Assembly (NCBI RefSeq): GCF_004010195.1
Contig: NC_057750.1
Coordinates: forward strand, 7,260,530 to 7,324,529
DNA from: Chiloscyllium plagiosum
Taxonomy: Eukaryota
Direction of reading: 5' to 3'
DNA length: 64,000 nucleotides
The translations under genes were made by a program, and so were the position numbers. Of this stretch, positions 11,383-24,834 are shown one piece after another. How positions within the stretch are numbered: the first letter of the stretch is position 1; every line of letters starts with the position of its first letter. The notes beneath the pieces are model-generated. The model saw nothing but the letters and a program-made list of their open reading frames with translations. It was not told the origin of the DNA and did not search any database.

Positions 11383-13317
11383 CATGCCTCCTCTAGACCG
11401 AGAGTGTGTGGGATGGGAGCCACTCCAGAATCTCTCAATCCCACCGCCTCACGCGATATCCCTGCCCCATGTACACAAAGATCTGAAGGTGGAGAAACGA
11501 CCTGTCAAATTGCGAGGAGCCCCTAACATCCCAACCCTGAGCAGGCAATGTCCATGTGTAGAAAGATAAGTTCCTACCCAGTATTCTCTACTCCTCCATT
11601 CGGTGCCTGTTCTCCATTGTGGCACGATTTCAGGATGTCCTCGAGTGCTTTGTTCCCAGTGAGGCACCTTTCGAAGTCCAGTCGCATTTGGAACATTGGA
11701 CGCACAGCGAACGATTTTACACACAGCAAGATTCCACAAAGAGCAAGGTGACCAATGATTGGCTGATCTGTCTGAGTAAGACCGACTAATCTCAGGACGT
11801 AGAGCTAAACTGCCCCCATGGGGGGCAATGACCCAGTGGCATTGTTGCTGGGCTGTTAATCCAGAGACCCAGGCAATGTTCTGGATATCCGGCTCGAATC
11901 CTGTCATGGGAGATGGTGAAATTTGAATTTAATAAATATCTGGAATTAAAGAGTCCAATGGTGACCAGGAATCAATTGTTGGGAAAACCCATCTGGTTCA
12001 CTAATCTCCTTTAGGGAAGGAAACTGCCATCCTTACCTGGTCTGGCCTACACGTGACTCCAGACCCACAGTGAAGGGGTTGACTCTTAGATTGGTCCTGT
12101 GCAGCAATTAGTGATGGGTAATAAACGCTGGCCTGGCCAGGGGCACCCACATACCGTGAACGAAATGTTTAAAAATCCTTCAGTGAAATCATGCCATGAG
12201 ACACTCCACACCAACCCCCCACTCCCCAAAATGGGGGTTGGAGGGGTAGTTGAGTCAAATGCCTCGTCACAGAGTCAGCTCCCCTGACAGTGCTGCCCTC
12301 CCTCATTGGCGCAGTGGCAGTGTCAACTTGCTCACGTTTCAGGAGTTGGGGGTGGGGTCAAGCCCACGAACATCATCTAGTGCATCCTCCATGACTCAGA
12401 GGGTGGCTCTGGGTCATACGGGGTGTAGGGTTTACAGGTTCAAGTCCCAGTCCGGAACTTGACTCAAAGATGAAGGCTGTCACTCCAGAACAGGGCTGAG
12501 GGAGTGCTGCACTGTCGGAGGGGCAGATGTTGAATTGGGTCCCCCTTGTGGATGCAAAGAAGAAGAGCAGGCTGGCTCTCCCCAGCGATCGGGCCCACAC
12601 TTAACCATTGATCAACATCACAAAGATAAATGCTTCAGACATGATTACGTTGATACGGAGCTGGGGCTGGGGGAATGACTGTATGCCAATGGCTAGGCGC
12701 AAGTGGGTACTGCAGATGCCGGAGATTAGAGTCAAGATTAGAGTAGTGCTGGAAAAGCACAGTAGGTCAGGCAGCATCCGAAGAGCAGAAAAATCGACGT
12801 TTCGGGCAAAAGCCCTTCACCGGGCAGCTTTTCCTGATAATTGGCAATGGATTCTTGGTCATCAGTAGATTCTTAATCCCAGTTTTTTTTATTGAATTCA
12901 AATTCCAAAATATCTGTCCTGCCATTACGTCATGGTGGATTGGTCATGCCCCCTTAGAGTCCAAGGTTGTACAGGCTAGGTGGGTTGGCCATGAGGGAAT
13001 GCGGGGTGACAGGGATAGGGTAATGGGGCAGTTGGGTCTCAGTGGGATGCCTTTTGGAGGGTCGGTGTCCACTCGATGGGCTGAACAGCCTGCTTCCACA
13101 CTGTGGGAACATTTGTGATGGGAAATGCAGAGTTACAGGGATAGTGTGGTGAGGGGGGAGGGTGGGTCTGGTGGGGATGCTCTTCGGAGGGTGAGTGTGG
13201 ACTCGATGGGCCAAATGGCACGCAGAAGGGATACACGCCGTCACCTAGCGGGACATGGCTGGAGGTGGCTTACAGTCAGAGTGTCTCGTACAGTCACCTG
13301 CTGTGACCCCAGCTCAT

Positions 13318-13787
13318 ACAGTCAGAGACATGTACAGCACGGAAACAGACCCTTCAGTCCAACTCTTCCATGCTGACCAGATATCCTAACCTAATCTAGT
13401 CCCATTTGCCAGCACTTGGCCCATATCCCTCTCAACCCTTCCTATTCATATACGCATCCAGATGCATTTTAAACGTTGTCATTGTACCAGCCTCCACCAC
13501 TTCCTCTGGCAGCTCATTCCATGCACACACCATCCTCTGTGTGAAAACGTTGTCCCTCAGGTGCCTTTTACATCTTTCCCCCCTCACCCTAAACCTATGT
13601 CCTCTAGTTCTGGACTGCCCCACCCGAGGGAAAATACTTTGTCTATTTATCCTATCCATGACCCACATGATTTTATAAACCTCTATAAGGTCACCCCTCA
13701 GCCTCCGACGCTCCAGGGAAAACAGCCCCAGCCTGTTCAGCCTCTCCCTGTAGCTCAAATCCTCCAACCCTGACAACATCCTTGTAA
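13318..13787 (-). mobile_element. HER1/CR1 LINE 3' fragment
   Basis: MLSGLEDLSYRERLNRLGLFSLERRRLRGDLIEVYKIM...TRGHRF. Confidence 0.93.
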
Positions 13788-14040
13788 CTCAGCTATTGGG
13801 ACAGTTCGCAATCCGGTGCCTCTAAACCTTTTTGGTTTAGCCCCCTCCCCTCTAGCAGGTGGGAGCAGTGTGAGGAGGGAAGCTGCAGCTTAACCGGTGA
13901 CAGACATTGATGAAAAAATAACAGCAGCAGTGTCTTTATGACTCAGCCATCTCCGGTCGGGGAGCCGCAATGTCGAGGTGATGGATCGGTTCGAGACTGA
14001 ACAGCTCCACTCTGCAGCACAGATGCTTTTTACTGCCCCC

Positions 14041-14055
14041 CGTTGCCTGGCAACG
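14041..14055. promoter_or_regulatory. Palindromic RFX X-box-like motif within a unique CpG-containing island
   Basis: cGTTGCC t GGCAACg fits GTNRCC(N0-3)RGYAAC; adjacent cggaagatggc, and tgactcag at ~13939. Confidence 0.35.
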
Positions 14056-15437
14056 GAAGATGGCCTCGATGCAAACCACCCACCTCTCACTGATATAATA
14101 TAGACAGGACAGGTTAAAGGGAACACAGTGCAAAAGGAAGGTCAAAGTTTCACCAGGTAATAGGGAAGGCAAATGCTGGAGAGGCAAATCCGAGGGGACA
14201 ATTCTTCTGCACTATTAATCCAGAGAGCCAGGCAATGTTCAGGGAACCCAGGTTCAAATCCCACCATTGCAAATTCAATTTTAAAAACAAAATTGGGATT
14301 GAGAGTCTAACATTGAACCTATTGTTGGGGAAAACCCATCTGTTTCACTGACATTCTTTTGGGAAGGAAACTGCCATCCTTACCTGGTCTGGCCTACACA
14401 TGACTCCAGACCTACAGCAAGTAGTTGACTCTCTTAATGAAGTTCTTCACCAATTGTTAAAGGATACATTTGTCTATAATAAATTTATAATTAATAATTT
14501 GCTTATAATAAATACAATTTATTTTCTTGTTTTTTCTGGTGACACTCGGTGTGCGTTTCCTTTGAACTAGAGAGCTGAGAAAATCGGGCAAATTAACCAT
14601 CTTAGTGATTCAATACTTTTTATACATTAGATTAAGGTTTTACTGTGACGTGTACTCAAGTAGAGGAGTACAGTGAAAAGTGTGTAATGTCGCTACATAT
14701 GATGCCATCTTTGGTACAAAGCTACCTAAATACAAAATCTTACGGAAAAATATGTAAAAATAAAGAAATAAGCAAGAAGGTTCTTCACTACAGTCACATA
14801 AAACATAGAAACTTTACTGTGAAACAGGCCATTCAGCCCAACAGGTCCACACTGACCCATTCCCATCCCTGCATTTCCCATGGCTAACCCATCTACCCTG
14901 CACTTCCCTGGGTACTATGGGACAATCCACCCTGACCTGCACATCGTTGGACTGTGAGAGGAAACCGGAGCACCCGGAGGAAACCCACGCAGACACGTGG
15001 AGAATGTGCAAACTCCACACAGACAGTCGCCCGAGGCTGGAATCGAACCAGGGACTGTAGCGCAGTGAGGCAGCAGCAACTGAGCCACCGTGCCACCCCA
15101 TTCTTCTTGGTATAAAGTAGAAAAATAAAGAAATAAATTTAGAAGTTATACATTATAGTGCTTTCTGAAGCCAAGGACCTGGAGTCGCTCCATGCTGGTC
15201 TTTACCCACAGGGGCTTGGTCTCTCCCCACCCTGGGCTAAGTCCCACTCAGGGTCGCTAACTGCTACTTCCCCGATTGCCACTTCGCTCGCTAATAGCTT
15301 GTGGAATACTGAGGTATGATTCCACTCTGTTTCATGTGGAATGGCCTCGTGTGGTTGGTGCACACGCTCTCCTTTCACCCCTCTCTGTGTCAGTAGCAGA
15401 AACACGAGAAGGTTTCATCTGAGTGATGCCAGCACGC

Positions 15438-16258
15438 TTACCGATTTTTATAAACGCACCATAGCGAGCATCCTACTGGATAGATCACAGTGTGGTCCGG
15501 CAACTGCTCCGCCCAAACCTCAAGAAACCGCAGAGAGTTGAGAACACAGCCCAGACCATCACACAAACCGATCTTCCATCCATTGACTCTGTCTATGCCT
15601 CTCACTGCCTTGGGAAAGCAACCAGCATTATCAAAGACCCTTCCCACCCCAGTTATACTCTCTTCCACCCTCTTCTGTTAGGCAAAAGATACGGATGTTT
15701 GAAAACACATACCAACAGATTCAAGAACAGCTTCTTCCCTGCTGTTATCAAACTTATGAATGGACCTCTCAAATGTTATTTTTTTTAGATTTTTTTTAGA
15801 TTAGTCCACACCAACCTGCCGAAGCCCAACCCACCCAGACCCATTCCCCTTTACCCCTTTACCTAACACTAGGTGCAATTTAGCATAGCCAATTCACCTA
15901 ACCTGCGCATTTTTTGGATTATGGGAGGAAACCGAAGCACCCGGAGGAAACCCATGCAAACACGGGAAGAATGTGCAAACTCCACACAGAGAGTTGCCTG
16001 AGGTGGGAATTGAACCCGGGTCTCTGGCGCTGTGAGGCCACAGTGCTAACCACCGTGCCACCCTGTTATGAATGGACCTCTCTCTCCCTCTGTCTCTCTA
16101 TCTCTCTGCACCTTCTCTGTGGCTGTAACAACGTATTTTGCACTCTGTTCCAGTACCCTGATCACTTTGTGAGGCACGTTCTGACTGTGCAGCACACAAA
16201 ACAACACTTTTCACTGTATTGCGGGATATGTGACAACAATAAATCAATCAACCATTTC
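15438..16258 (+). mobile_element. Rex1/Babar-like LINE 3' end interrupted by an HE1 SINE (~15779-16063, minus)
   Basis: QRVENTAQTITQTDLPSIDSVYASHCLGKATSIIKDPSHPSYTLFHPL..GKRY..KTHTNRFKNSFFPAVIKLMN; ttatgaatggacctctc duplicated at 15754-15770 and 16066-16082. Related fragments at ~26520-26660 (+), 27100-27435 (-) and 21870-22030 (-). Confidence 0.8.
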
Positions 16259-17250
16259 ACACATGTCACATGATAAAGTAGAGAAGCCAAGAGTCAGCGA
16301 TGGTCTGATCAGGTTTGTTAAGGTCACAAAGGGAAGCAGCAGCAATGTCACTGAGTTTGTAGTCCAGAGGCTGGGTCCAAATCCTGCTCATCACAGCTGC
16401 CCACAATTTAGTCACAAGTTGGCACAGTGTCAATTGTCAAAACCCAGCTCATGTTCTTTGAGAGAGGAAACTCTGCTGTCCTTACCTATGTGACTCCAGA
16501 CCCACAGCAATCTGTTTAAGACTTAACTTCCCTTCTGGTTGATAAACACTGGCCTAGCCAGCAACACTCACATCCTGTGAGTTAGTTATATTACCTCACA
16601 CATGGCACGTTTGGTGATTGGGATGGGGAGTGGTTAATTGTCTTCTACATGTCTCTCTCTCCCATCCACCCCAATGTGAGATGTCCTTTGAATGGCTTTC
16701 TCCCCCCTTGCCAACTGAGGTCCACCAATGAGGATCTCATCCTTCAGTGTNNNNNNNNNNNNNNNNNNNNNNNNNNNNNNNNNNNNNNNNNNNNNNNNNN
16801 NNNNNNNNNNNNNNNNNNNNNNNNNNNNNNNNNNNNNNNNNNNNNNNNNNNNNNNNNNNNNNNNNNNNNNNNNNNNNNNNNNNNNNNNNNNNNNNNNNNN
16901 NNNNNNNNNNNNNNNNNNNNNNNNNNNNNNNNNNNNNNNNNNNNNNNNNNNNNNNNNNNNNNNNNNNNNNNNNNNNNNNNNNNNNNNNNNNNNNNNNNNN
17001 NNNNNNNNNNNNNNNNNNNNNNNNNNNNNNNNNNNNNNNNNNNNNNNNNNNNNNNNNNNNNNNNNNNNNNNNNNNNNNNNNNNNNNNNNNNNNNNNNNNN
17101 NNNNNNNNNNNNNNNNNNNNNNNNNNNNNNNNNNNNNNNNNNNNNNNNNNNNNNNNNNNNNNNNNNNNNNNNNNNNNNNNNNNNNNNNNNNNNNNNNNNN
17201 NNNNNNNNNNNNNNNNNNNNNNNNNNNNNNNNNNNNNNNNNNNNNNNNNN

Positions 17251-17481
17251 TAGGGTCTGGGTGGGCTGGTCAGTTTGTAGGGTCAGAGCAGGATCTGGGT
17301 GGGTTGGTCAGTTTGGAGGGTCAGATTAGGGTCTGGTTGGGCTGGTCAGTTTGGAGGGTCAGAGTAGGGTCTGGGTCGGCTGGTCAGTTCAGAGGCTCAG
17401 AGTAGTGTCTGGGTGGGCTGGTCAGTTCAGAGGCTCAGAGTAGTGTCTGGGTGGGCTGGTCAGTTCGGAGGGTCAGAGTAG
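17251..17481. repeat. 38-bp minisatellite (tagggtctgggtgggctggtcagtttggagggtcagag), ~6 copies, adjoining gap
   Basis: Direct reading. Confidence 0.9.
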
Positions 17482-18196
17482 ACTTAGTGAGCTGTTTGGC
17501 CCTGCTCCTGTGCTGTGGACATTCTATCACGATTAGTCCTTCATCTCCTTGGCCATCAAGAATCGATCTCCTTTGAAAACATTTAAAGATTCTACACCCG
17601 CTGACTTTTGAGGAAGGGGATTCCAAAGACTTACAAACTCTCAGAAAAAAAAAACTTCCCTCATCTCTTCCCTTATTTTTAAACCTTGATGTTCCAGTTC
17701 TAGCCAATAGTCCTCATCCTCTGGCTCGCTTCAATCTCACATTTAATCTGTCTGGGATTTAGGTTCAGGCCTCCTGGCTCAGAGATAGGGACACTACCAC
17801 GAGAGTCCTTTGAATTTCATGACTGGATTTAATTGGAAGGCAGATTCCACAGTAGGATTTGATGCCTGAAGCAGGGAATTAATCTGGCCCCTGTTGATGA
17901 CTGGCCCTTGTAAAATTGCCTTTCTGTGCTGTGATACTGTGGAACAGAGTGACCTCTGAAAAGTCTAATAAACATATTCATTACATGAAACATTGAAGAT
18001 AGCAGCAGGAAGAGGCCATTCAGCCCTTCAAGGCTGCTCCGCCTTTCATCACGATCATGGCTGATCGTCCAACTCAGTAACCTAATCCTGCTTTCTCCCC
18101 ATAACCTTTAGATTAGATTCCCTACAGTATAGGAACAGGCCTAACAAGTCCACACCATTTGCTCCACTTGCTATCTCGAGCCACCTTCATATAATC

Positions 18197-18531
18197 CCCA
18201 CAGTGTGGAAACAGGCCCTTCGGCCCAACAAGTCCACACCAACCCTCTGAAGAGTATGCTACCCAGACCCATTCCTCTGCCCTTTGACTCTACATTTACC
18301 CCTGACTAATGCACCTAACCTACACAGCCCTGGGCAATTTCCCATGGCCAATCCACCCTAACCTGCACATCTTTGGACTGTGGGAGGAAACTGGAGCACC
18401 CAGAGGAAACCCACACAGACACGGGGAGAACATGCAAACTCCACACAGACAGTCGCCCGAGGCTGGAATCGAACCCGGGTCCCTGGCGCTGGGAGGCAGC
18501 AATGCTAACCACTGAGCCACCATGCCACCCC
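18197..18531 (-). mobile_element. HE1-type V-SINE
   Basis: Head, V-domain and tail all present. Confidence 0.88.
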
Positions 18532-18916
18532 ACAGGCTACTTGCCTGTGACTCTCACAGTTCTTCATCCTCAAGAATCTATCCAACTTCCAACTAAAATT
18601 ACCTATGCAATCAGCTTCCACCATCTTTCACAATTTGAGAACACGGAGCCACCATGAAGACATTCAATGTTTTGGTATCAGCTACTTCCTGTGGGAGTGA
18701 ATCCCACAGAAAAGTCTCCCCATCTCCGTCCTAAATGGTCCACCCCAAATCCTCAGACTATCACCCCTGGTTCTGGACACATCCATCCCCGGGAACTTTC
18801 TCCCTGCATCTATGGTCAATAAATACTGATCTCCACTTTTTGTATTTGGCCGGGGTCCTATGCAGACTCTTGTAAAGGGTTCCTCAAATGCAGGAAATTA
18901 GCATTAAAGGTTTTTT

Positions 18917-19243
18917 TTAGATTAGATTACTTAGATTAGATTACTTACAGTGTGGAAACAGGCCCTTCGGCCCAACAAGTCCACACCGACCCGCCGAAGC
19001 GTAACCCACCCATTCCCGTACATTTACCCCTTTACCTAACACTACAGGCAATTTAGCATGACCAATTCACCTGACCTGCACATCTTTGGACTGTGGGAGG
19101 AAACCGGAGCACCCGGAGGAAACCCACGCAGACACGGGGAGAATGTGCAAACTCCACACAGTCAGTCGCCTGAGTCGGGAATTGAACCCGGGTCTCTGGC
19201 GCTGTGAGGCAGCAGTGCTAACCACTGTGCCACCGTGCCGCCC
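18917..19243 (-). mobile_element. Full-length, apparently young HE1-type V-SINE
   Basis: Minus strand: A box tggcacagtgg, B box ggttcaattcc, V-domain, (aatct)n-type tail, CpGs retained. Other copies at ~14815-15100, 19925-20185, 35310-35483, 36663-36975, 38210-38552, 43185-43478, 61325-61628 (-) and 45997-46550, 61962-62268 (+). Confidence 0.92.
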
Positions 19244-20186
19244 ACGGTGAGTTTTATGCTGAGTTTTTCAGTTACCTGACACGTATGACTTGTCTGGCAA
19301 AAATACAACCACATCCTTACGCAATCCAGACCAGTAAAAAACGTTTTTGTATTTTGGTTTGAGTTTTCCTTGCAGTCCCATGAAAGATTGCCGCTGTGAG
19401 CTAGGTACATTCAGCTTTTCTAGTTATGAACGCACCACAAAATGTTTGACCCAGTGCAGTGTCTGGAGGTGGAATGCAGATTCGGAACCGAGTCCAGCTA
19501 GAGTTGGCAACCCTGTAGGCAAATGGAGCTGTGCCACATCGTTCCATAGATTTCAACTGTGGTGAAAGGGTTTGATGGGAGAGATAGGGAGCAGCTATTT
19601 CCCCTGCTGCAGGGAGAAAAGCAGACGCAACTTGCGGAGGTGGGGCCTTAGCTCAAACTCCAGGCCAGCCAGCATCTCTTCACGGAAAGGCCAGTGGAAA
19701 TTTGGAACTCATGCAAACCTTTCCGATGCTGATGAATTCTTTGTTGGGAAAGGCTGCTGAAGAGGGTTGGATAGAAGGCCCTGTTTTCCGAGGGGACTAC
19801 GCTTCGTCATTACCTCCTCTCACGGGGTACCTGAGGACCAGTCGAGTCCCAGAGACCGTGCTCTCCCAGTCAGAGAGAGGAGACACTGGAAAAGGCCACT
19901 CAGCCCATCTTCACAGAAGCTCGACAGTGTGGAAGCAGACCATTCGGCCCGTCGAGTCCTAACAAAGAGCATCCCACCCACACCCATCCCCCTACCCTAT
20001 CCCCACAACCTCGCATTTCCCCATGGCTAACCCACCCTAGCTTGCACAACCCTGGACACTACGGAGCAACGTAGCATGGCCAATCCACCCTAACCCGCAC
20101 ATCTTTGGAACGTGGGAGGATATTGGAGCACCCAGAGATAACCCAGGCAGATGCTGGAGAGAACGTGCAAACTCCACACAGACAAT

Positions 20187-20960
20187 CATAAAGTTACATT
20201 ACACGGAAACAGACCCTTTTGTCCAACCAGTCCACACCAACCATAATCCCAAACTAATCTAGTCCCACCTGCCTGCGCTTGGCCCATATCCCTCCAAACC
20301 TTTCCTATTCTTGGTTCCATCCAAATGTCTTTTAAATGCTGTAATTGTTCCCGCATCCACCACTTCCTCTGGCAGTTCATTCCACACACCAACCATGCTC
20401 TGTGTATAATATTTGCCCCCTGTGTCCTTTTTAAATCTCTCTCCTCTCACCTTAAAAATATGCCCCCTAGCCTTGAAATCTCCCACCCTAGGGAAAAGAC
20501 ACCTGCCATTCACCCTCATAGTCATAGAGTCACACAGCATGGAAACAGACCCTTCAGTCCAACTAGTCCATGCCAACCATAATCCCAAACTAAACTAGTC
20601 CCACCTGCCTGCTCTTGGCCCGTATCCCTCTAAACCTTTCGTATTCATGTTTCCATCTAAATGTCTTTTAAACTGGATGGAGCTTTGCTCGCTGAGCTGC
20701 AAGGTTCGTTTTCAGACGTTTTGTCACCATACTAGGTAACATCTTCAGTGAGCAGATGATGTTACCTAGTATGGTGACAAAACATCTGAAAATGAACCTT
20801 CCAGCTCAACGAGCAAACCTACATCCAGAACCTCAACCTGAGCTACAAATCTTCTCAAAATTAGCTGTCCTTTAAACGTTGTAATTTTCCCCGCATCCAT
20901 CACCTCCTCAGGAAGTTCATCCCATGAGTTTTGTAAACCTCTATAAGATCACGCCCTCAA
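20187..20960 (-). mobile_element. Two tandem CR1/HER1 3' ends (20187-20510 and 20517-20960), the second with a nested PLE insertion
   Basis: Repeated ggaaacagaccctt...ccataatcccaaact...ctagtcccacctgcctg; ORF remnants VWNELPEEVVDAGTI. Confidence 0.85.
20674..20865. mobile_element. Palindromic PLE terminal-repeat insertion (family of 1100-1260)
   Basis: TSD tgtcttttaaac (20662-20673) / tgtcctttaaac (20866-20877); arms gtcaccatactaggtaacatc / gatgttacctagtatggtgac. Confidence 0.85.
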
Positions 20961-22142
20961 CCTCTGACCCTGGAGGAAAAAGGTCACTGTAGCTCCAGAG
21001 GGCTTCCCTCATTGGAGGGTGACTAGTTTAACCTGTGGGTCACCACGCCTCAGGCGAGGGGAGAGGTTGAGAAGGAGAATTGTGGGAACTGAAGCCACGT
21101 TGTTGCCATTACTCTCGCATTGCAGAGCAACTGTCCAGCCACCTGAACTAACCAACTCCCAATGGCAAGAAATGAGGGAGGAAGCCAAGATCATCACCTT
21201 CCCGTGCCATTTCCTATTTTCTCACGTTAATTAGTGACATTGGGACCGTTCTCTGTGGAGAAGGGGAGGTTGGGAGGTGACCAGGAGGGTGCCAGGACAC
21301 AGCAGACCATTCCCACTGGTGAAGGGACCGAGAACCAGAGGGGACATATCGAAGGAGCCTGGCGAAAGAGGCAAGGGTGAAATGAGATGAAATGTTTTCA
21401 CGTAGCGAGGGGTTGGCACCTGGAATGTGCTGCCTCAGTGTGTGGTAGAGTCAGGGTCCATGGAGAGGGAGCTGAACAGGAAGAATGTGCAGGGTTATGG
21501 AGCAGATGGTGCCGAAGTGGCGCTGGGCGAACTGCTCGTTCTGAAAGCCGGCCAAATGGCCTCTTCCTGCGCTGTCACGGTCTGTTAGCTCAATCAGGTC
21601 TCCTCTCAGAATGAGCAAAGGCAACCCCCAGAGTCTTTTTCCTTACTCAGGGAGTTTGCCCCCACTGCCCTGTTTGATAGATGTCAGGGTGGAAGAGCAC
21701 AGCAGGTCAGACAGCATCCGAGGAGCAGGAAGGTCCTCACAAAGGTTCCCAGCCCGAAGCGTTGACTTTCCTGCTTCTCGAATGCTGCTGTGCTGTCCCA
21801 GCTTCACATCTATCAACTCCAGCTTCCAAGGTTTGCAGTCCTGTCTCCCAGATTTTCCATCCACAATCATCGATTCGATTCGATTTATTATTGTCCCGTG
21901 TACCGAGATAAAGTGAAAAGTATTATTTTGCACGCTAACCAGGCAAATCCTACCTTGCATGAGTACATCAGGGTAATAGAAGAGTCTGGAGTCACCACTA
22001 CAGAGGCGATGCAGAGAAACGTCAACTCTAACATTGCTGAGCACAGTCTGAGGATTCAGGATGGAAGATGCACCTCAGTAACTCCTTTCTCCTAACATCG
22101 CCATAGCCCCTGTCCTTTTTCCTTCTGAACAGCAAACCAACT

Positions 22143-22366
22143 TGTAATGATTGTAACGAGGTCTGCCAGTCCTCATAGAATCTGAGTTCCCTGATTGGAG
22201 CTGTTAACCTGGTCCAATCAGGGAGCCCTGGCTGACAGATAGTAACAGGAGGGTCAGGGGTTCTGCTCACTCTAAGAGCTGGGTCTGAGGGAGCTGGGTC
22301 AGTGTCAGGGACTCTCCCTGTGTATATAAAGGGTGATGGGATATCTGCCTCTATGGAGTTATTTCA
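22143..22366 (+). mobile_element. Solo LTR-like element (~224 bp)
   Basis: TG...CA termini (tgtaatga...atttca); near 5-bp TSD caact/cagct; internal inverted pair ccctgattgg/ccaatcaggg; three copies in the window. Confidence 0.7.
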
Positions 22367-22784
22367 CAGCTCTCACCTACATCCTGATTGGTTGTAAATA
22401 CAAAACGACGCTATTCCTTTCCCACAGCAGTAGCTACCTCATCTCTCTCTCTCTCTATCAAACTAACCACCCCTTTATATATTTACAATTAACCTGTTCA
22501 GAGGTGTTACCACACTTCTCTGGAGCAGGTGGGATTTGAACCCAGGCCCCCTAACCCAGAGGTAGGGACACTATCACATCCCCACGAGAGCTCTTCCTTT
22601 TATTGTAATAGGCTTGGGGTGAGAAAATTGTCATTTAACTCCAATAGGTTTCTGTTTAAGTGGCATCCACACCCCCATGGCAACCAGATCACATGGGCAT
22701 GTCTCTCCGTGGTCGTTCTGAAAAGTCTTCCTAATTTAAAAGGGGGCGTTTTAAAACCTAACAGACTTGTCAAATCCAGTCTTC

Positions 22785-23032
22785 TGGACAGCAAAGAAGG
22801 CTACCTCAGAGTACAATGGGATCTTGATCAGATGGGCCAATGGACTGAGAAGTGGCAGATGGAGTTTAATTCAGATAAATGCGAGGTGCTGCATTTTGGG
22901 AAAGCAAATCTTAGCAGGACCTATACACTTAATGGTAAGGTCCTAGGGAGTGTTGCTGAACAAGGAGACCTTGGAGTGCAGGTTCATAGCTCCTTGAAAG
23001 TGGAGTCACAGGTAGATAGGATAGTGAAGAAG
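22785..23032 (+). mobile_element. CR1/HER1 reverse transcriptase fragment entering gap
   Basis: DSKEGYLRVQWDLDQMGQWTEKWQMEFNSDKCEVLHFG...DLGVQVHSSLK. Confidence 0.93.
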
Positions 23033-23908
23033 ANNNNNNNNNNNNNNNNNNNNNNNNNNNNNNNNNNNNNNNNNNNNNNNNNNNNNNNNNNNNNNNNNNN
23101 NNNNNNNNNNNNNNNNNNNNNNNNNNNNNNNNNNNNNNNNNNNNNNNNNNNNNNNNNNNNNNNNNNNNNNNNNNNNNNNNNNNNNNNNNNNNNNNNNNNN
23201 NNNNNNNNNNNNNNNNNNNNNNNNNNNNNNNNNNNNNNNNNNNNNNNNNNNNNNNNNNNNNNNNNNNNNNNNNNNNNNNNNNNNNNNNNNNNNNNNNNNN
23301 NNNNNNNNNNNNNNNNNNNNNNNNNNNNNNNNNNNNNNNNNNNNNNNNNNNNNNNNNNNNNNNNNNNNNNNNNNNNNNNNNNNNNNNNNNNNNNNNNNNN
23401 NNNNNNNNNNNNNNNNNNNNNNNNNNNNNNNNNNNNNNNNNNNNNNNNNNNNNNNNNNNNNNNNNNNNNNNNNNNNNNNNNNNNNNNNNNNNNNNNNNNN
23501 NNNNNNNNNNNNNNNNNNNNNNNNNNNNNNNNNNNNNNNNNNNNNNNNNNNNNNNNNNNNNNNNNNNNNNNNNNNNNNNNNNNNNNNNNNNNNNNNNNNN
23601 NNNNNNNNNNNNNNNNNNNNNNNNNNNNNNNNNNNNNNNNNNNNNNNNNNNNNNNNNNNNNNNNNNNNNNNNNNNNNNNNNNNNNNNNNNNNNNNNNNNN
23701 NNNNNNNNNNNNNNNNNNNNNNNNNNNNNNNNNNNNNNNNNNNNNNNNNNNNNNNNNNNNNNNNNNNNNNNNNNNNNNNNNNNNNNNNNNNNNNNNNNNN
23801 NNNNNNNNNNNNNNNNNNNNNNNNNNNNNNNNNNNNNNNNNNNNNNNNNNNNNNNNNNNNNNNNNNNNNNNNNNNNNNNNNNNNNNNNNNNNNNNNNNNN
23901 NNNNNNNN

Positions 23909-24316
23909 TTCTCCCTGTATTCCATGAGATCTAACCTTGCTAATCAGTCTCCCATGGGGAACCTTGTCGAACGCTTTACTGAAGTCCATATAGATCACAT
24001 CTACCACTCTGCCCTCATCAATCCTCTTTGTTACTTCCTCAAAAAACTCAACCAAGTTTGTGAGACATGATTTCCGACACACAAAGCCATGTTGACTATC
24101 CCTAATCAATCCTTGACTTTCCAAATACATGTACATCCTGTCCCTCAGGATTCCCTCCAACAACTTACCCACCACCGAGGTCAGGCTCACCGGTCTATAG
24201 TTCCCTGGCTTGTCTTTACCACCCTTCTTAAACAGTGGCACCACGTTTGCCAACCTCCAGTCTTCTGGCTCCTCACCTGTGACTATTGATGATACAAATA
24301 TCTCAGCAAGAGGCCT
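23909..24316 (-). mobile_element. CR1/HER1 reverse transcriptase fragment entering gap
   Basis: [64 protein letters not shown]. Confidence 0.95.
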
Positions 24317-24834
24317 TCTCCCTCGTGAACACAGTATACCGTGTGCTGGTGAGGACTGGCTACAGTGAGATTCATGAGTGGGTGCCGGGTAGAGTTTAAA
24401 GCTGGGACCATGTTTCAGAAATGGAACGGCTTCCACTGACTGAATAATCTCTTCACCTCCTCCCCCCTCACGGTTTCTTACGTTCCTCATGAGCAGAGTT
24501 ATCAAGCAGATATTGTTTTATTACCAGCTGGAACGTTGCCTTATAGTAATCCAGTGTTTCAAGATTAGATTTCAATCCTGCTGTCACTCTCTTTATCTCC
24601 ATTTCGTGCAGTGCTCTTTGAGGTTGATAGATCTTTGGAAGCGATTTTGAGCCAAGAGGCATTTCCAAATGCAGGACGGGCTCGAGCCTTTCTGTCACCC
24701 GCGGCCCACATTCGTTGGGATTGATTGCTGTTGCCTTGTTTTTTCTCTGGGATATGGGGAGATTAGGTCTAATCACAACAGACACCAGCAAGGCCCTATT
24801 TCAACTGGAACAATTTAACACAAGAGGTCATAAG

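Noticed and set aside
15492..15788. 98-aa ORF that could pass for a host gene fragment
   Set aside because: It resembles the C-terminus of a Rex1/Babar-type LINE ORF and has further decayed copies in the window.
19165..19243. tRNA-like sequence with A and B boxes
   Set aside because: It is the head of an HE1 SINE, continuous with the V-domain and LINE-derived tail; not a tRNA gene.
22529..24505. 499-513 aa ORFs
   Set aside because: Length is inflated by N-gaps; the real parts are CR1 RT fragments.
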